Positions 53,075 through 62,375 of a DNA stretch of 64,000 bases are shown one piece after another (position 1 is the first letter of the stretch; each line of letters begins with the position of its first letter). The notes beneath the pieces were generated by a model. That model did not search any database, was not told the DNA's origin, and saw only the letters and a list, made by a program, of their open reading frames with translations. Source of the DNA: an uncultured Acidobacteriota bacterium (lineage in GTDB: Bacteria; Acidobacteriota; Thermoanaerobaculia; Multivoradales; DATKCC01); NCBI GenBank assembly GCA_963837945.1, contig CAWIQD010000026.1, positions 151,754 to 215,753 on the forward strand, given 5' to 3'. Both the position numbers and the translations under genes were made by a program.

Positions 53075-54786
53075 CTACGTCTCCTCCTGCCTCTCGTTCG
53101 GGGTGGGCTCGGGCTCGACCCGCTCGACGGTGTCCTGGAAGATCTCGAGCACGGTCTGGACCGTCGGGTTGTCCGGTGCCGCGGCGGCTTCGTCGTCCGG
53201 GACGGCGTCCTCGGGGGCCGCGGTGCCGGGCCGGGCGCGGACCGTGGTCCACCGCGCACCGGATCCCCAGACGTCGGCCACCGCGCGGTCGACGACCTCC
53301 CGGTTGGCGGCCTTGCTGAGCCGGTCCCGGAGCAGCTCGTCGCCGGCCTCGATCTCGACCTCGAGCGCTCCGTCCACCCAGCGCAGGGAGCGCGCGTGGC
53401 GGAGGTAGCCCGCGAGCGGCGGCTTGGCGTCGCTGACCCGCTCCAGGAAGGCCTCGACGGAGCCCGCGGCGGGGGGCCGGGGCGCCGCCGGGGGCGCGGG
53501 CTCGGGCGGCGGCGGCCGGTCGGGCGGTTCGATCGGCTCGCCCGGCTCGCCCGGCTCGGGGCCTCCCGGCGCTCGCGGGCGGGGGTTCGGCCGGCGTCCT
53601 CGCCGGGGCGCCGACGGGCGGCGGGCGGGACCGGAGGCGCCGTCCGCGGGGCCTCGGCGGGCGCCGTCCGTCCGGCGAGGAGCGCCTCGACACGGGTCAG
53701 GCGGGGAAGCTCGGCGGAGCGCAGCCACGCGATCTCGACCGCAAGCAGGGCGGAGTCGCTCCGGCGCACCGTCTCCTCGCTTGCCAACAGCTGCTGGAGC
53801 AGGCGCAGGAGGTTGTCGAAGCCGGCGGCCCGGGAGCGCTCGGCGAGCCGGTCGGCCTCCTCGCGCGGCAGGTCGACCCGGTCCGGATCGGTGCCCATCG
53901 CGAGGTGGATCGCGTCGCGGCAGTAGCCGAGGAACTGGGCGTAGACGTGCCGCGGGTCCCAGCCTTCGGCTTCGATCTCCCCGACCACGGCGGCGATCTC
54001 CGTCCGGTCGCCGGCGAGCACCGCTGCCAGCAACCTCTCGAAGAGAGCGGTGTCCAGGCCGCCCAAGAGGCGCACCGCGTCCTGGTCGGCGATCGCGCCG
54101 GAGCCGAAGGTGGCGAGCTGGTCGAGCAGGGCGACCGAATCGCGCACGCTGCCCTCACCGGCGCGGGCGATCAGCCGCAGCGCGGCGTCGCTCGCCTCGA
54201 TCTGCTCGCTCTCGGCGATCCCGCGCAGGTGCGCGGCGAGGATCTCCGACGACACCCGGCGGAAGTGGAACTCCTGGCACCGCGAGAGCACCGTCGCCGG
54301 GACCGCGTCGATCTCGGTGGTCGCGAAGATGAAGACGAGGTGGGGCGGCGGCTCTTCGACGATCTTGAGCAGCGCGTCGAAGGCCTGGCGCGAGAGGCGG
54401 TGGATCTCGTCGATGACCACCACCTTGTAGCGGTCGCGCGCCGGGCCGTACTTCAGCCCCTCGGTCAGCTCGCGCACCTGCTCGACCTTCGAGTAGGTGG
54501 CCGCGTCGACCTCGATCACGTCGAGGTCGCTGCCGGCGGTGATCTCGAGGCAGGCCGTGCACTCGTTGCAGGGGTCGGCCGCCGGGCCGCGCTCGCAGTT
54601 GAGCGCCTTGGCCAGCACCCGGGCGGCCGAGGTCTTGCCGACGCCGCGGATGCCGGAGAAGAGGTAGGCCTGGGCGATGCGGCCCTCGGTCAGCGCGTTG
54701 CGCAGGGCCGTGACGATCGGTCCCTGGCCGACGACGCTCTCGAAGTCCTGCGGCCGCCACTTGCGGGCGAGTACCTGGTAGGCCAT
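53071..54786 (-). CDS. dnaX: DNA polymerase III subunits gamma/tau
   Basis: AAA+ Walker A GIRGVGKTS, zinc module CNECTACLE, SRC motif. Long Pro/Arg-rich linker then tau C-terminal domain. Confidence 0.9.
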   Translation of the reverse strand: MAYQVLARKWRPQDFESVVGQGPIVTALRNALTEGRIAQAYLFSGIRGVGKTSAARVLAKALNCERGPAADPCNECTACLEITAGSDLDVIEVDAATYSKVEQVRELTEGLKYGPARDRYKVVVIDEIHRLSRQAFDALLKIVEEPPPHLVFIFATTEIDAVPATVLSRCQEFHFRRVSSEILAAHLRGIAESEQIEASDAALRLIARAGEGSVRDSVALLDQLATFGSGAIADQDAVRLLGGLDTALFERLLAAVLAGDRTEIAAVVGEIEAEGWDPRHVYAQFLGYCRDAIHLAMGTDPDRVDLPREEADRLAERSRAAGFDNLLRLLQQLLASEETVRRSDSALLAVEIAWLRSAELPRLTRVEALLAGRTAPAEAPRTAPPVPPAARRRPGEDAGRTPARERREAPSRASRASRSNRPTGRRRPSPRPRRRPGPPPRAPSRPSWSGSATPSRRSRATSATRAPCAGWTERSRSRSRPATSCSGTGSARPPTGRSSTARWPTSGDPVRGGPRSAPGPAPRPPRTPSRTTKPPRHRTTRRSRPCSRSSRTPSSGSSPSPPRTRGRRRRR

Positions 54787-54821
54787 GGTCTCGAAGGGTC
54801 CCGAGGTCGAGGTAGAAAGAG

Positions 54822-54960
54822 CGGGCCAGCGACCGACGAAGGGTTCCGGTTGATCTGCGGCACTCGGCCGACAGACCTTATCGCTGCTCCCTTCCGGGCC
54901 TGACGAGGTTCGGTCGCGGCCGATGCACAGGACCCGAACCCTTCGTCGGTCGCTGCCCGC
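54822..54960 (-). ncRNA. ffs: Signal recognition particle RNA (4.5S/ffs), small type
   Basis: Minus-strand domain IV motif GUCAGGCCCGGAAGGGAGCAGC. 5' GGGCAGCGACCGACGAAGGGUUCGGGUCC pairs with 3' GGAACCCUUCGUCGGUCGCUGGCCC to form the long SRP hairpin. Canonical position upstream of dnaX. Ends approximate (+/-5 nt). Confidence 0.8.
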
Positions 54961-55111
54961 TCTCGAGCATGGTAAGGGCTCGACCCCGAGGATGTAAAGG
55001 CGGCCGGAGGGCGCCGTATTTCTTCGCCGGCGTGGCGGGTTTGCTCAGCGGCGGCGCTTCCGGTAAGATCGTGCGCTGCCCGCGGGCGCTCCGGCGGGCT
55101 CGCCGAGCAGA

Positions 55112-55579
55112 ATGGATCGCCAGTGGATGCAAGCGGCGCTTGCCGAGGCCGAGAGCGCGGCGGCGCTCGGCGAGGTGCCGGTCGGCGCCGTGGTGGTGTG
55201 CGGCGGCGAGATCGTCGGCCGAGGGCACAACCGGCGCGAGAGCGACCGGGATCCGTTGGCCCACGCCGAGCTCCTGGCGATCGCCGAGGCCGCGCGGCGG
55301 CTGGCGAGCTGGCGGCTCGTGGGCTGCACCCTGTACGTGACGCTCGAGCCGTGCGCCATGTGCGCCGGTGCGCTGGTCAACAGCCGGGTCGAGCGCCTGG
55401 TGTTCGGCGCGGCGGATCCGAAGGCGGGGTACTGCGGCAGCCTGGGCGATCTCGTCCGGGACCCGCGCTTGAACCACCGTCTGGAGGTGACCGGCGGCGT
55501 GCTGGCCGAGGAATGTGGCCGCCGGCTGAGCTTGTTCTTCCAGGCGCTCCGCTCGGGCGGTCCGAACCGGCCCGGGTGA
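55112..55579 (+). CDS. tadA: tRNA-specific adenosine deaminase
   Basis: CDA-fold zinc motifs HAELLAI and PCAMCAGA, 155 aa. Confidence 0.9.
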   Translation: MDRQWMQAALAEAESAAALGEVPVGAVVVCGGEIVGRGHNRRESDRDPLAHAELLAIAEAARRLASWRLVGCTLYVTLEPCAMCAGALVNSRVERLVFGAADPKAGYCGSLGDLVRDPRLNHRLEVTGGVLAEECGRRLSLFFQALRSGGPNRPG

Positions 55580-55616
55580 GTTGCTCTTTGACGATTCGGA
55601 GTGGCAGCACCAGCGC

Positions 55617-55708
<92 letters not shown>

Positions 55709-55726
55709 TTGAATTGACAGCGCTTG

Positions 55727-55816
55727 GGAGAGGTGCCAGAGCGGTCGAATGGGGCGGTCTCGAAAACCGTTGACCGTGCAAGCGGTCCGTGGGTTCGAAT
55801 CCCACCCTCTCCGCCA
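55727..55816 (+). tRNA. tRNA-Ser (anticodon CGA)
   Basis: Same acceptor and T-arm as the preceding tRNA. Anticodon loop CTCGAAA. Long variable arm. Encoded CCA. Confidence 0.9.
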
Positions 55817-55999
55817 ACCTCGCGACCGGCGAGCCGTGCGTCCCGAAGAAGGGCGTCGGGCCGCCGCGCCGCGGGTCCCCCGGCCGGTGGGTGTTCCCGG
55901 CGGCCGGGCGTAGAGAGCAGCCCGGTGCCTCGCAGGCCGCCAAGGCGTGTCCGGCGAGGCTGAACTCGACATACTTGCAACGCGACGAGGCGAACGACA

Positions 56000-56134
56000 G
56001 TGAAACGGACCTATCAACCGAACAACCGCCGCCGCAAGAAGAAGCACGGCTTCCGGGAGCGGATGCGGACCAAGAACGGCCGGGCGGTGCTCGCCCGGCG
56101 TCGCAGGAAGGGCCGCAAGCGCCTCTGTGTGTGA
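56000..56134 (+). CDS. rpmH: 50S ribosomal protein L34
   Basis: GTG start. [44 protein letters not shown], 44 aa. Confidence 0.95.
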   Translation: MKRTYQPNNRRRKKKHGFRERMRTKNGRAVLARRRRKGRKRLCV

Positions 56135-56518
56135 TGCCGCCCCGGCGGGCAGAGTCCGCCCACGGGGAGGGTCTGTCGCGCGAGCGGCGGCTGCGCCGGA
56201 GGCTCCGAGTACCTGCGGTGCTACCGGCGGGGCCGGCGGCTGCGCGGCTCGTTCCTGCGGCTGCACTTCGCTCCGAACCCGCTCGGTCACCCGAGACTGG
56301 GAATCACCGCCAGCCGGAAGGTGGGCAAGGCGGTGGTGCGCAACCTGCTGAAGCGGCGCGTGCGGGAGATCTACCGCCGCTGGCCGCGGCGGGTGGAGCT
56401 GCCGGCGCTCGACCTGGTCGTTCACCTGGAGCCGGCGGCCGCCGGGGCGAGCTTTCCGGCGCTCGCCGGCGAGCTCTCGGAGCTGCTCGGCCGGCTGGTC
56501 GAGAGGGAAGGGCGGTGA
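56134..56518 (+). CDS. rnpA: Ribonuclease P protein component; apparent +1 frameshift near 56198-56203
   Basis: Conserved core ([51 protein letters not shown]) lies in the same frame as rpmH, directly after its stop, with no start codon. A plausible N-terminus ([22 protein letters not shown]) from ATG 56134 is in the -1 frame. Confidence 0.8.
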
Positions 56519-56748
56519 GGGGGAGCGCCACGCCCGGCGTCGCCGTGCGGGCGGTGGTCGCCCTCGTCGCCGGCTACAAGCGCCGCGTCTCGCCCCTCCT
56601 GCCCCGCTCGTGCCGCTACTCTCCCACCTGCTCGGAGTACGCGGGCCTGGCGATCCTGGAGCACGGCCTGCTCAGAGGCGGCGGCCTCGCTCTGTGGCGG
56701 CTGCTTCGCTGCCAGCCGCTCGGCGCCGGAGGCATCGACCTGCCGTGA
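56515..56748 (+). CDS. yidD: Membrane protein insertion efficiency factor YidD
   Basis: 77 aa, conserved [23 protein letters not shown] motif. GTG overlaps rnpA stop (GTGA). Confidence 0.9.
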   Translation: MRGSATPGVAVRAVVALVAGYKRRVSPLLPRSCRYSPTCSEYAGLAILEHGLLRGGGLALWRLLRCQPLGAGGIDLP

Positions 56749-56828
56749 CGGCGCCCGGCGCCTCGAGGAGCGAATGACGGAGGGCCCGACCCTCCATCCA
56801 TCCCGCCCACGATCGAAGGAAGGAACGA

Positions 56829-58613
56829 GTGGAAAACAAGCGAGTCCTGCTGGCGGTTCTCCTGTCGGTGGTCATCATCATCGGCTGGAGGCTGGTCTTC
56901 CCACCGCCGGAGCCGCCGAGGCCCGCGGTGGAGTCCCCCGCCGCCGGGGCGCCGGCCACCCAGCCCGAAGCCGGAAGCGAGAAGTCGACGAGCGCGGCGG
57001 CGCAAGCCGACGGCACGGCGGAACCGGGCGGGGCCGCCGAGGAGCCCGCGGCGGAAGAGGCCGCAGCGCCCACGGCCGGCGACGGAGAGGAGCTTCCCGC
57101 CGAGCCGGTGGGCGCCGCGAGCGAGAGCCGTCCGACGCTCGAGGGCCCGGGCTTCCGCGCGCGCTTCAGCAACCGCGGCGCGGTGCTGGTCTCCTTCGAG
57201 CTCCCGGGCTACGACAGCGACGGTGGGGAGGCGGTGGACCTGGTGCGCGATCGCAGCGGGATGCCCTACCCGTTCGCCCTGGTCGACGCGAAGGGCCAGG
57301 CCCTGGCCGTCGACCAGGCGCTGTTCGCGGTCGAGGAGGGCAAGGACGAGGCCGGCCATCCGTCGGTCTCCTTCTCGTACTCCGGCCCCGCCGGGCGGGT
57401 GACCAAGCGGTTCACGGCGCTGCCCGAAGGTCTCCTGGGCGTGCAGATCGAGGGTCGGACCAAGGGCCCCTGGGGCCTGGTGATCGGCCCCGGCTTGCGC
57501 AACCCGACCGCCACGGACGAGGCGCGGAAGTTCAAGTACCGCGGGGCGGTCTACCGCCTGGACGGGAAGGTCCATACCCTGGTCCCCGAGAAGGAGAGCA
57601 AGCCGACGGAGCTCGCCGGGTCGGACCTGTCGTGGATCGGCACCGAGGACACCTACTTTCTCGGCGCGCTCGTCCCCGAGACGCCGGTCGAGCACGTGAC
57701 CGTGACCCCGTGGCTGGTGGTGCCGAAGGAGCGGGGCGGCCCGCCGAGCTTCGAGCCGGTGCCTGCGGGCGGCCCGAAGAACGAGCAGAAGGACCTGCGG
57801 CGGGAGCTCCGCGTGGTCCTGGTGCCGAGCGGGGGGACCTTCGCCGGGCAGGCGTACTTCGGCGCCAAGGACCTGGAGGTGCTGGGCAGGCTGCCCGCAC
57901 ACCTCGAGGAGACGGTGCAGCTCGGGATGTTCGGGTTCCTGGCGCGCGGATTCCTGATCGGCCTGAAGTGGACCTACGCCCACGTCGTCTCGAACTACGG
58001 CTGGGCGATCGTCCTGATGACGGTGCTGATCAAGCTCGTCCTCATGCCGTTGACCCACAAGAGCTACGTCTCCATGCAGAAGATGCAGGAGCTGGCTCCC
58101 GAGATCAAGGCGATCCGCGCCAGGTACAAGGGCAAGAAGGACAAGAAGGGGCGGCCGGACCTCGAAGCCCAGCGCAAGATGAACGAAGAGGTGACGGCGC
58201 TCTACAAGCGCGAGGGGGTCAACCCGGCCGGGGGATGTCTGCCGATGCTGATCCAGTTCCCGGTGCTCCTCGCCTTCTACCGCCTGCTGTCGCGGGCGGT
58301 CGAGCTGCGCGGCGCGCCCTGGATCTTCTGGATCAAAGACCTGTCGATGCACGACCCGACCTACGTGCTGCCGATCGTGATGGGCATCGCCCAGCTCGTG
58401 CAGCAGTGGATGGCGCCGTCGGGCGGCGACCCGCGGCAGCGCAAGATGATGATGCTGATGCCGATCTTCTTCACCGTGCTGTTTTTGGGCTTCCCCAGCG
58501 GGCTCGTGCTGTACTGGCTCACCAACAACCTCCTGACGCTCTTGCAGCAGGGGATCTACCAGCGCATGAAGGCCAAGAAGGCCGCCGCGGCCGCAGGCCA
58601 GGCGGCGTCGTGA
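56829..58613 (+). CDS. yidC: Membrane protein insertase YidC
   Basis: N-terminal TM, large periplasmic domain, conserved 5-TM core (NYGWAIVLMTVLIKLVLMPL, GCLPMLIQFPV). 594 aa. Confidence 0.95.
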   Translation: MENKRVLLAVLLSVVIIIGWRLVFPPPEPPRPAVESPAAGAPATQPEAGSEKSTSAAAQADGTAEPGGAAEEPAAEEAAAPTAGDGEELPAEPVGAASESRPTLEGPGFRARFSNRGAVLVSFELPGYDSDGGEAVDLVRDRSGMPYPFALVDAKGQALAVDQALFAVEEGKDEAGHPSVSFSYSGPAGRVTKRFTALPEGLLGVQIEGRTKGPWGLVIGPGLRNPTATDEARKFKYRGAVYRLDGKVHTLVPEKESKPTELAGSDLSWIGTEDTYFLGALVPETPVEHVTVTPWLVVPKERGGPPSFEPVPAGGPKNEQKDLRRELRVVLVPSGGTFAGQAYFGAKDLEVLGRLPAHLEETVQLGMFGFLARGFLIGLKWTYAHVVSNYGWAIVLMTVLIKLVLMPLTHKSYVSMQKMQELAPEIKAIRARYKGKKDKKGRPDLEAQRKMNEEVTALYKREGVNPAGGCLPMLIQFPVLLAFYRLLSRAVELRGAPWIFWIKDLSMHDPTYVLPIVMGIAQLVQQWMAPSGGDPRQRKMMMLMPIFFTVLFLGFPSGLVLYWLTNNLLTLLQQGIYQRMKAKKAAAAAGQAAS

Positions 58614-58628
58614 CGAGGAAACCAGAAG

Positions 58629-60149
58629 ATGCCTGACGATCGCAGAAGGAAGTTCTTTTCCGGCCGCTCGGTGGAGCAGGCCCTGGTGGCGGCCGCGAGC
58701 TACCACGGGATCGACCCGAGCGAGATCGAGTATCGAGAGATCGAGAAGCGGCACGGCTTCGTCCGCACCCGCCGCAACGCGGTGATCGCCGTCGATCCGG
58801 ACCACCCGCGCAAGGCGGTGACCGCCGCCCCGGCCGCGGCACGTCCGGCGCCGGCGGCCCCGCCGGCGCCGGCGGGTGGCGAGGAGAGCCGCCGCGAGGA
58901 GCGCCCGACTCGGCCGCGCGAGGAGCGCCCCGCACGGTCGCGGGAGGAGCGCCCACGCCGGCAACGGGAGGACCGCCCGGCCCGGCCGCGACAGGAGGCC
59001 GCCCCGGAGGTGGAGGCGGCCCCCGAACCGGTTGCGCCTGAGGCCGCCGAGCGCGGTGGCGAGCAAGAAGGGCGCCGGCCGGAGCGGCCGCGGCGCGAGC
59101 GGCGGGGGCGCGGCCGGGGTCGCGGAGGAAGCGGCGAGCCTCGCCAGGAGCGGCCGGCTGCGTCCCGCGCGGCGAAGAAGCCGAGCGAGAGCGCCGCCCC
59201 GACTCCGCCCTGGTGGCTCGCCGAGCCGGTCGAGGAGGACACCCACTACGGCGTGGAGGACCTCGACGAGGAGCTCGACGAGACGGAAGAGCTCGACGAG
59301 ATGGAGGCGTTCGACGAGCCGGAGGAGGACGAGGACGGCGAGGTCGAGGACGACGAGATCGAGGACGACGAGGGCGAGGCCGGATCCGAAGGGCCGGAGG
59401 AGAGCGGGCCCGAGAGCGACGACAGGTTCCGTCACGTTCGGCGCTCGGAGGGCCTGCGGCGACGGACGCCGCCGGGCCCGCCGGGCCCGCCGGCAGCGGC
59501 GCCCCGGAGCGAGGAGGGGCCGCGGAGAGAAGGTCGCGGCGGTGGAAGGCGCCGGCGAGGAGGCCGGGGCCGGGGGCCGGAGGCCGCTGGCGAGCTACGG
59601 CAGCGATCGGGCTCGCGGCGGGAGCCCGCGGCTCCGGAGGCGCCGCCGCCGGCTCCGCCCGAGCCGCGGATCCCGCGCTCGGAGCGGCTGCCCCGCGAGG
59701 AGGGGGAGCTGGCGGATGCCGCTCGCGAGGCCCTCGAACGGCTGCTCGAGTTCGTCGGCGTGGAGGCGGAGGCCGACTTCTACCGCGACGGCGAGCGGCT
59801 CGAGATCGAGCTCTGGGGACCGGACGACCAGATCCTGCTCGATGACGAAGGCCAGCTGCTGCTCGCGATCGAGCACCTCCTGCCGCGGATGATCCGCGGG
59901 ATCTACGGCGACGCCCTGCCGGTGCGGGTGGACTGCGCCGACTTCCACGCCGATCGCGAGGACCGGCTTCGCGACCTCGCGCGCCGCACCGCGGACGAGG
60001 TCCGGCGGCGGGGCCGGCCGCGGACCCTCGAAGAGATGGATCCGGCCGAGCGCCGGATCGTCCACATCACCCTCGAGGACGACCCGACGGTGGCTACCGA
60101 GAGCATCGGGGACGGGTACTTCAAGAAGCTGAAGGTCATGCCGGCGTAG
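58629..60149 (+). CDS. jag: Jag/KhpB RNA-binding protein (Jag_N + KH + R3H) with ~330-aa low-complexity Arg/Glu/Pro-rich insertion
   Basis: N-terminal Jag_N (FFSGRSVEQALVAAASYHGI), C-terminal KH and R3H domains (..ERRIVHITLEDDPTVATESIGDG..). Acidic stretch EEDEDGEVEDDEIEDDEGE and RERP repeats in between. Confidence 0.85.
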   Translation: MPDDRRRKFFSGRSVEQALVAAASYHGIDPSEIEYREIEKRHGFVRTRRNAVIAVDPDHPRKAVTAAPAAARPAPAAPPAPAGGEESRREERPTRPREERPARSREERPRRQREDRPARPRQEAAPEVEAAPEPVAPEAAERGGEQEGRRPERPRRERRGRGRGRGGSGEPRQERPAASRAAKKPSESAAPTPPWWLAEPVEEDTHYGVEDLDEELDETEELDEMEAFDEPEEDEDGEVEDDEIEDDEGEAGSEGPEESGPESDDRFRHVRRSEGLRRRTPPGPPGPPAAAPRSEEGPRREGRGGGRRRRGGRGRGPEAAGELRQRSGSRREPAAPEAPPPAPPEPRIPRSERLPREEGELADAAREALERLLEFVGVEAEADFYRDGERLEIELWGPDDQILLDDEGQLLLAIEHLLPRMIRGIYGDALPVRVDCADFHADREDRLRDLARRTADEVRRRGRPRTLEEMDPAERRIVHITLEDDPTVATESIGDGYFKKLKVMPA

Positions 60150-60482
60150 GAGCCTCGCCTCAAACCGACAGGGAGCCGGGATCCGGCAGGTGGATTCTCG
60201 CGCAGAGCCGCAGAGGATGGCGATCGATGGGCGCGCCGCGGGAGAGCCCGGTTTCCCGGGCCGCCGTTGAGTGGGTGTACAGGATCCAGACGCGGCCTGG
60301 GCCAGGGCTGCTGGAGTCGGTCTATGAGGCGTTCCCCGCACCTCAGCTCACGGCGCCAGGCTACGAGGCGCATCGGATCGAGGAGGGCATCACTCCCCCC
60401 TCGTCGACATGAGCCGCGCCTCTGCGCCTCTGCGGCTCTGCGCGAGACTTCTCCAGCCTGGGTCGTCGTGCACACGCAGGCG

Positions 60483-60854
60483 TCAGAGGCGGTATCGGCG
60501 CTTCATCTCGAGGTAGCGGCCGTACGCCTTGGCGTCGAGCTCGGACGTCAGGTGCTCCTCGAGCAGCGGCAGGAGCTCGTCGCGGAGGAACGCGCCGCGG
60601 GCCATCCACTGGAGGTAGCTCCGGCCGCCGTGATGGTAGGGGCCGTAGAGCTTTCCACCCGGGAATGTCGCCTCGAGCCAACGGAAGAGGTTCTCGTGGT
60701 CGGTGTGCATCCGGAGCGTGATCTGAGGCTGCCGGCCGTCGCCGCCGAAGTGCCCTTCGCCCACGAGGATGCCGACCAGGACGCCGACGTCGAACGGCGT
60801 GGGAGAGGAGCGCGGGTCGCGAGAAGCAGGTTGTTTCACCGTCGGGTTTCCCGT
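60483..60854 (-). CDS. Small LAGLIDADG-like (single-motif) putative homing endonuclease, free-standing between jag and rsmG
   Basis: Motif LVGILVGEGHFGGDG then GDG + ITLRMH...LFRWLEATFPGGKLYGP...SYLQW pattern reminiscent of I-CreI-type enzymes. Good codon usage in the C-terminal 120 aa. The ORF's N-terminal extension to 61043 is spurious (runs through non-coding repeats and into rsmG). True start unresolved (GTG within 60845-60854 or further downstream). Confidence 0.4.
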   Translation of the reverse strand, partial: TGNPTVKQPASRDPRSSPTPFDVGVLVGILVGEGHFGGDGRQPQITLRMHTDHENLFRWLEATFPGGKLYGPYHHGGRSYLQWMARGAFLRDELLPLLEEHLTSELDAKAYGRYLEMKRRYRL

Positions 60855-60915
60855 GAAACGTGGCCCCGGCGGGATGGCCGACGCGGTTGTTTCACCGTCG
60901 AGTTTCCCGTGAAAC
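60829..60915. repeat. Two 31-bp hairpin repeats separated by a 25-bp spacer (CRISPR-like mini-array or operator)
   Basis: Copy 1 (60829-60859) GGTTGTTTCACCGTCGGGTTTCCCGTGAAAC, copy 2 (60885-60915) identical except G>A. Terminal inverted repeat GTTTCAC/GTGAAAC. Starts GTTG and ends GAAAC like many CRISPR repeats. Confidence 0.6.
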
Positions 60916-60960
60916 CCACGGGTGGTCAAGGGCTCCCGCGGGGGGATAATCGGGGCCGCC

Positions 60961-61593
60961 ATGGACCGCCTTCTTCCCGAGCTCACCCGCGACGAGCTCG
61001 CCCGGCGCCTCGCGCGGGCATCGAGCGTCGAGCTTTCCGTCACGGCCCTCGACGCCCTCCACGCCCACTACCAGGAGCTCCGCCGCTGGGCTCCCGCGCT
61101 CTCGCTCATCGGCCCCGGAGCCGCCGACGAGATCGTCGAGCGCCACTACGCCGAAGCCCTGGAAGGCCTGGCCGCGATCCCGGCGGACGCCCGGACCCTG
61201 GTCGACGTCGGCTCGGGAGCCGGCTTCCCCGGCGTCGTCCTCGCCGCCGCCCGGCCCGACCTCGAGGTGACCCTGGTCGAGCCCCGCGAGCGGCGGTGGG
61301 CCTTCCTCCTGAGCGCCTGCCGGCGTGCCGCGTTGCCCTGCCGGTGCCTGAATGTTAGAGTCGGCAGCCCGTTGCCTCCGGAGCTGCCGGAGAGGATCGA
61401 CGTGGTCACGACCCGGGCGCTCAAGCTTCCCACCGAGGTCCTCGAAGCGCTCGCCGGCCGACTGACGCCGGGGGGCCGGATCTTGATCTGGGCCGGGGAA
61501 GCGGACCCGCCGCTGCCACCGATCCTCGAGCTCCGGGGCTCCCGGCCGCTGGCCGGAAGCCGCCATCGCCGAATCGTCGAGCTCGGCAAGTAG
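60961..61593 (+). CDS. rsmG: 16S rRNA (guanine527-N7)-methyltransferase RsmG (GidB)
   Basis: ATG 60961. SAM-binding VDVGSGAGFPGVVLA, 210 aa. Confidence 0.85.
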   Translation: MDRLLPELTRDELARRLARASSVELSVTALDALHAHYQELRRWAPALSLIGPGAADEIVERHYAEALEGLAAIPADARTLVDVGSGAGFPGVVLAAARPDLEVTLVEPRERRWAFLLSACRRAALPCRCLNVRVGSPLPPELPERIDVVTTRALKLPTEVLEALAGRLTPGGRILIWAGEADPPLPPILELRGSRPLAGSRHRRIVELGK

Positions 61594-61616
61594 CACCGTC
61601 TCGGGGCGCGCACCGA

Positions 61617-62375
61617 ATGGCCAAGATCGTCGCAGTCGCCAACCAGAAGGGCGGGGTCGGCAAGACCACCACCGCGATCAACCTGGGCGCCGCCTTGGGC
61701 GCCTTCGAGCGGCGCGTGCTCCTGGTCGATTGCGACCCCCAGGGCAACGCCACGCGCGGCGTGGGCCTGCGCGCCGCCGCGCCGCACCTCTACCAGGTGC
61801 TCGCCGGCGACGCCCCGATCCGGAGCGCCATCCGGCCCTCGGGCTTCCCCAATCTCGACATCCTGCCCTCCGACCGCGACCTGGTCGGCGTCGAGGTGGA
61901 GTTCGTCGGCACCGAAGGCTGGCAGCTGCGCTTGAAGCGGGCGCTCGCCGAGGTCGGCGGCGACTACGAGGTCATCCTCCTCGACTGCCCGCCGTCGCTC
62001 GGGCACCTCACGGTCAACGCCCTGGCCGCGGCCGACGGCGTCCTCGTGCCTCTCCAGTGCGAGTACTTCGCGCTCGAGGGGGTCAGCGAGCTGATGGCGA
62101 CCGTGCGGCGGGTCAAGGCGACCCTCAACCCGAAGCTGGAGATCGCGGGCATCCTCCTTACCATGTACGACGACCGGACCAACCTCTCCAAGGACGTGGC
62201 CGCCGAGATCCGCCGCCATTTCGGCGACCGGGTCTTCCAGTCGGTCGTGCCGCGCAACGTCCGGCTCGCCGAGGCGCCCAGCCACGGCCTGCCGATCTTC
62301 GACTACGACATCAAGTGCCGCGGCGCCGAGGCCTACCTCGACCTGGCGCGAGAGTACATGCGGGGGGCGGCGTGA
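61617..62375 (+). CDS. parA: Chromosome partitioning ATPase ParA (Soj)
   Basis: Deviant Walker A KGGVGKTT, 252 aa. Confidence 0.95.
   Translation: MAKIVAVANQKGGVGKTTTAINLGAALGAFERRVLLVDCDPQGNATRGVGLRAAAPHLYQVLAGDAPIRSAIRPSGFPNLDILPSDRDLVGVEVEFVGTEGWQLRLKRALAEVGGDYEVILLDCPPSLGHLTVNALAAADGVLVPLQCEYFALEGVSELMATVRRVKATLNPKLEIAGILLTMYDDRTNLSKDVAAEIRRHFGDRVFQSVVPRNVRLAEAPSHGLPIFDYDIKCRGAEAYLDLAREYMRGAA

Noticed and set aside
56134-56518. rnpA starting at a CTG inside the rpmH-frame region to avoid a frameshift
   Set aside because: That would delete the conserved N-terminal ~25 residues of RnpA. The frameshifted model with ATG 56134 overlapping the rpmH stop fits the gene family and the recurring +1 pattern better.
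60829-60915. Calling a bona fide CRISPR array
   Set aside because: Only two repeats and one short (25-bp) spacer. No cas genes in the window. Reported as CRISPR-like only.
60483-61043. Full 186-aa ORF as annotated in the track
   Set aside because: Its first ~60 codons read through the two non-coding hairpin repeats in two different frames and overlap rsmG. Only the distal ~120 codons look like genuine coding sequence.
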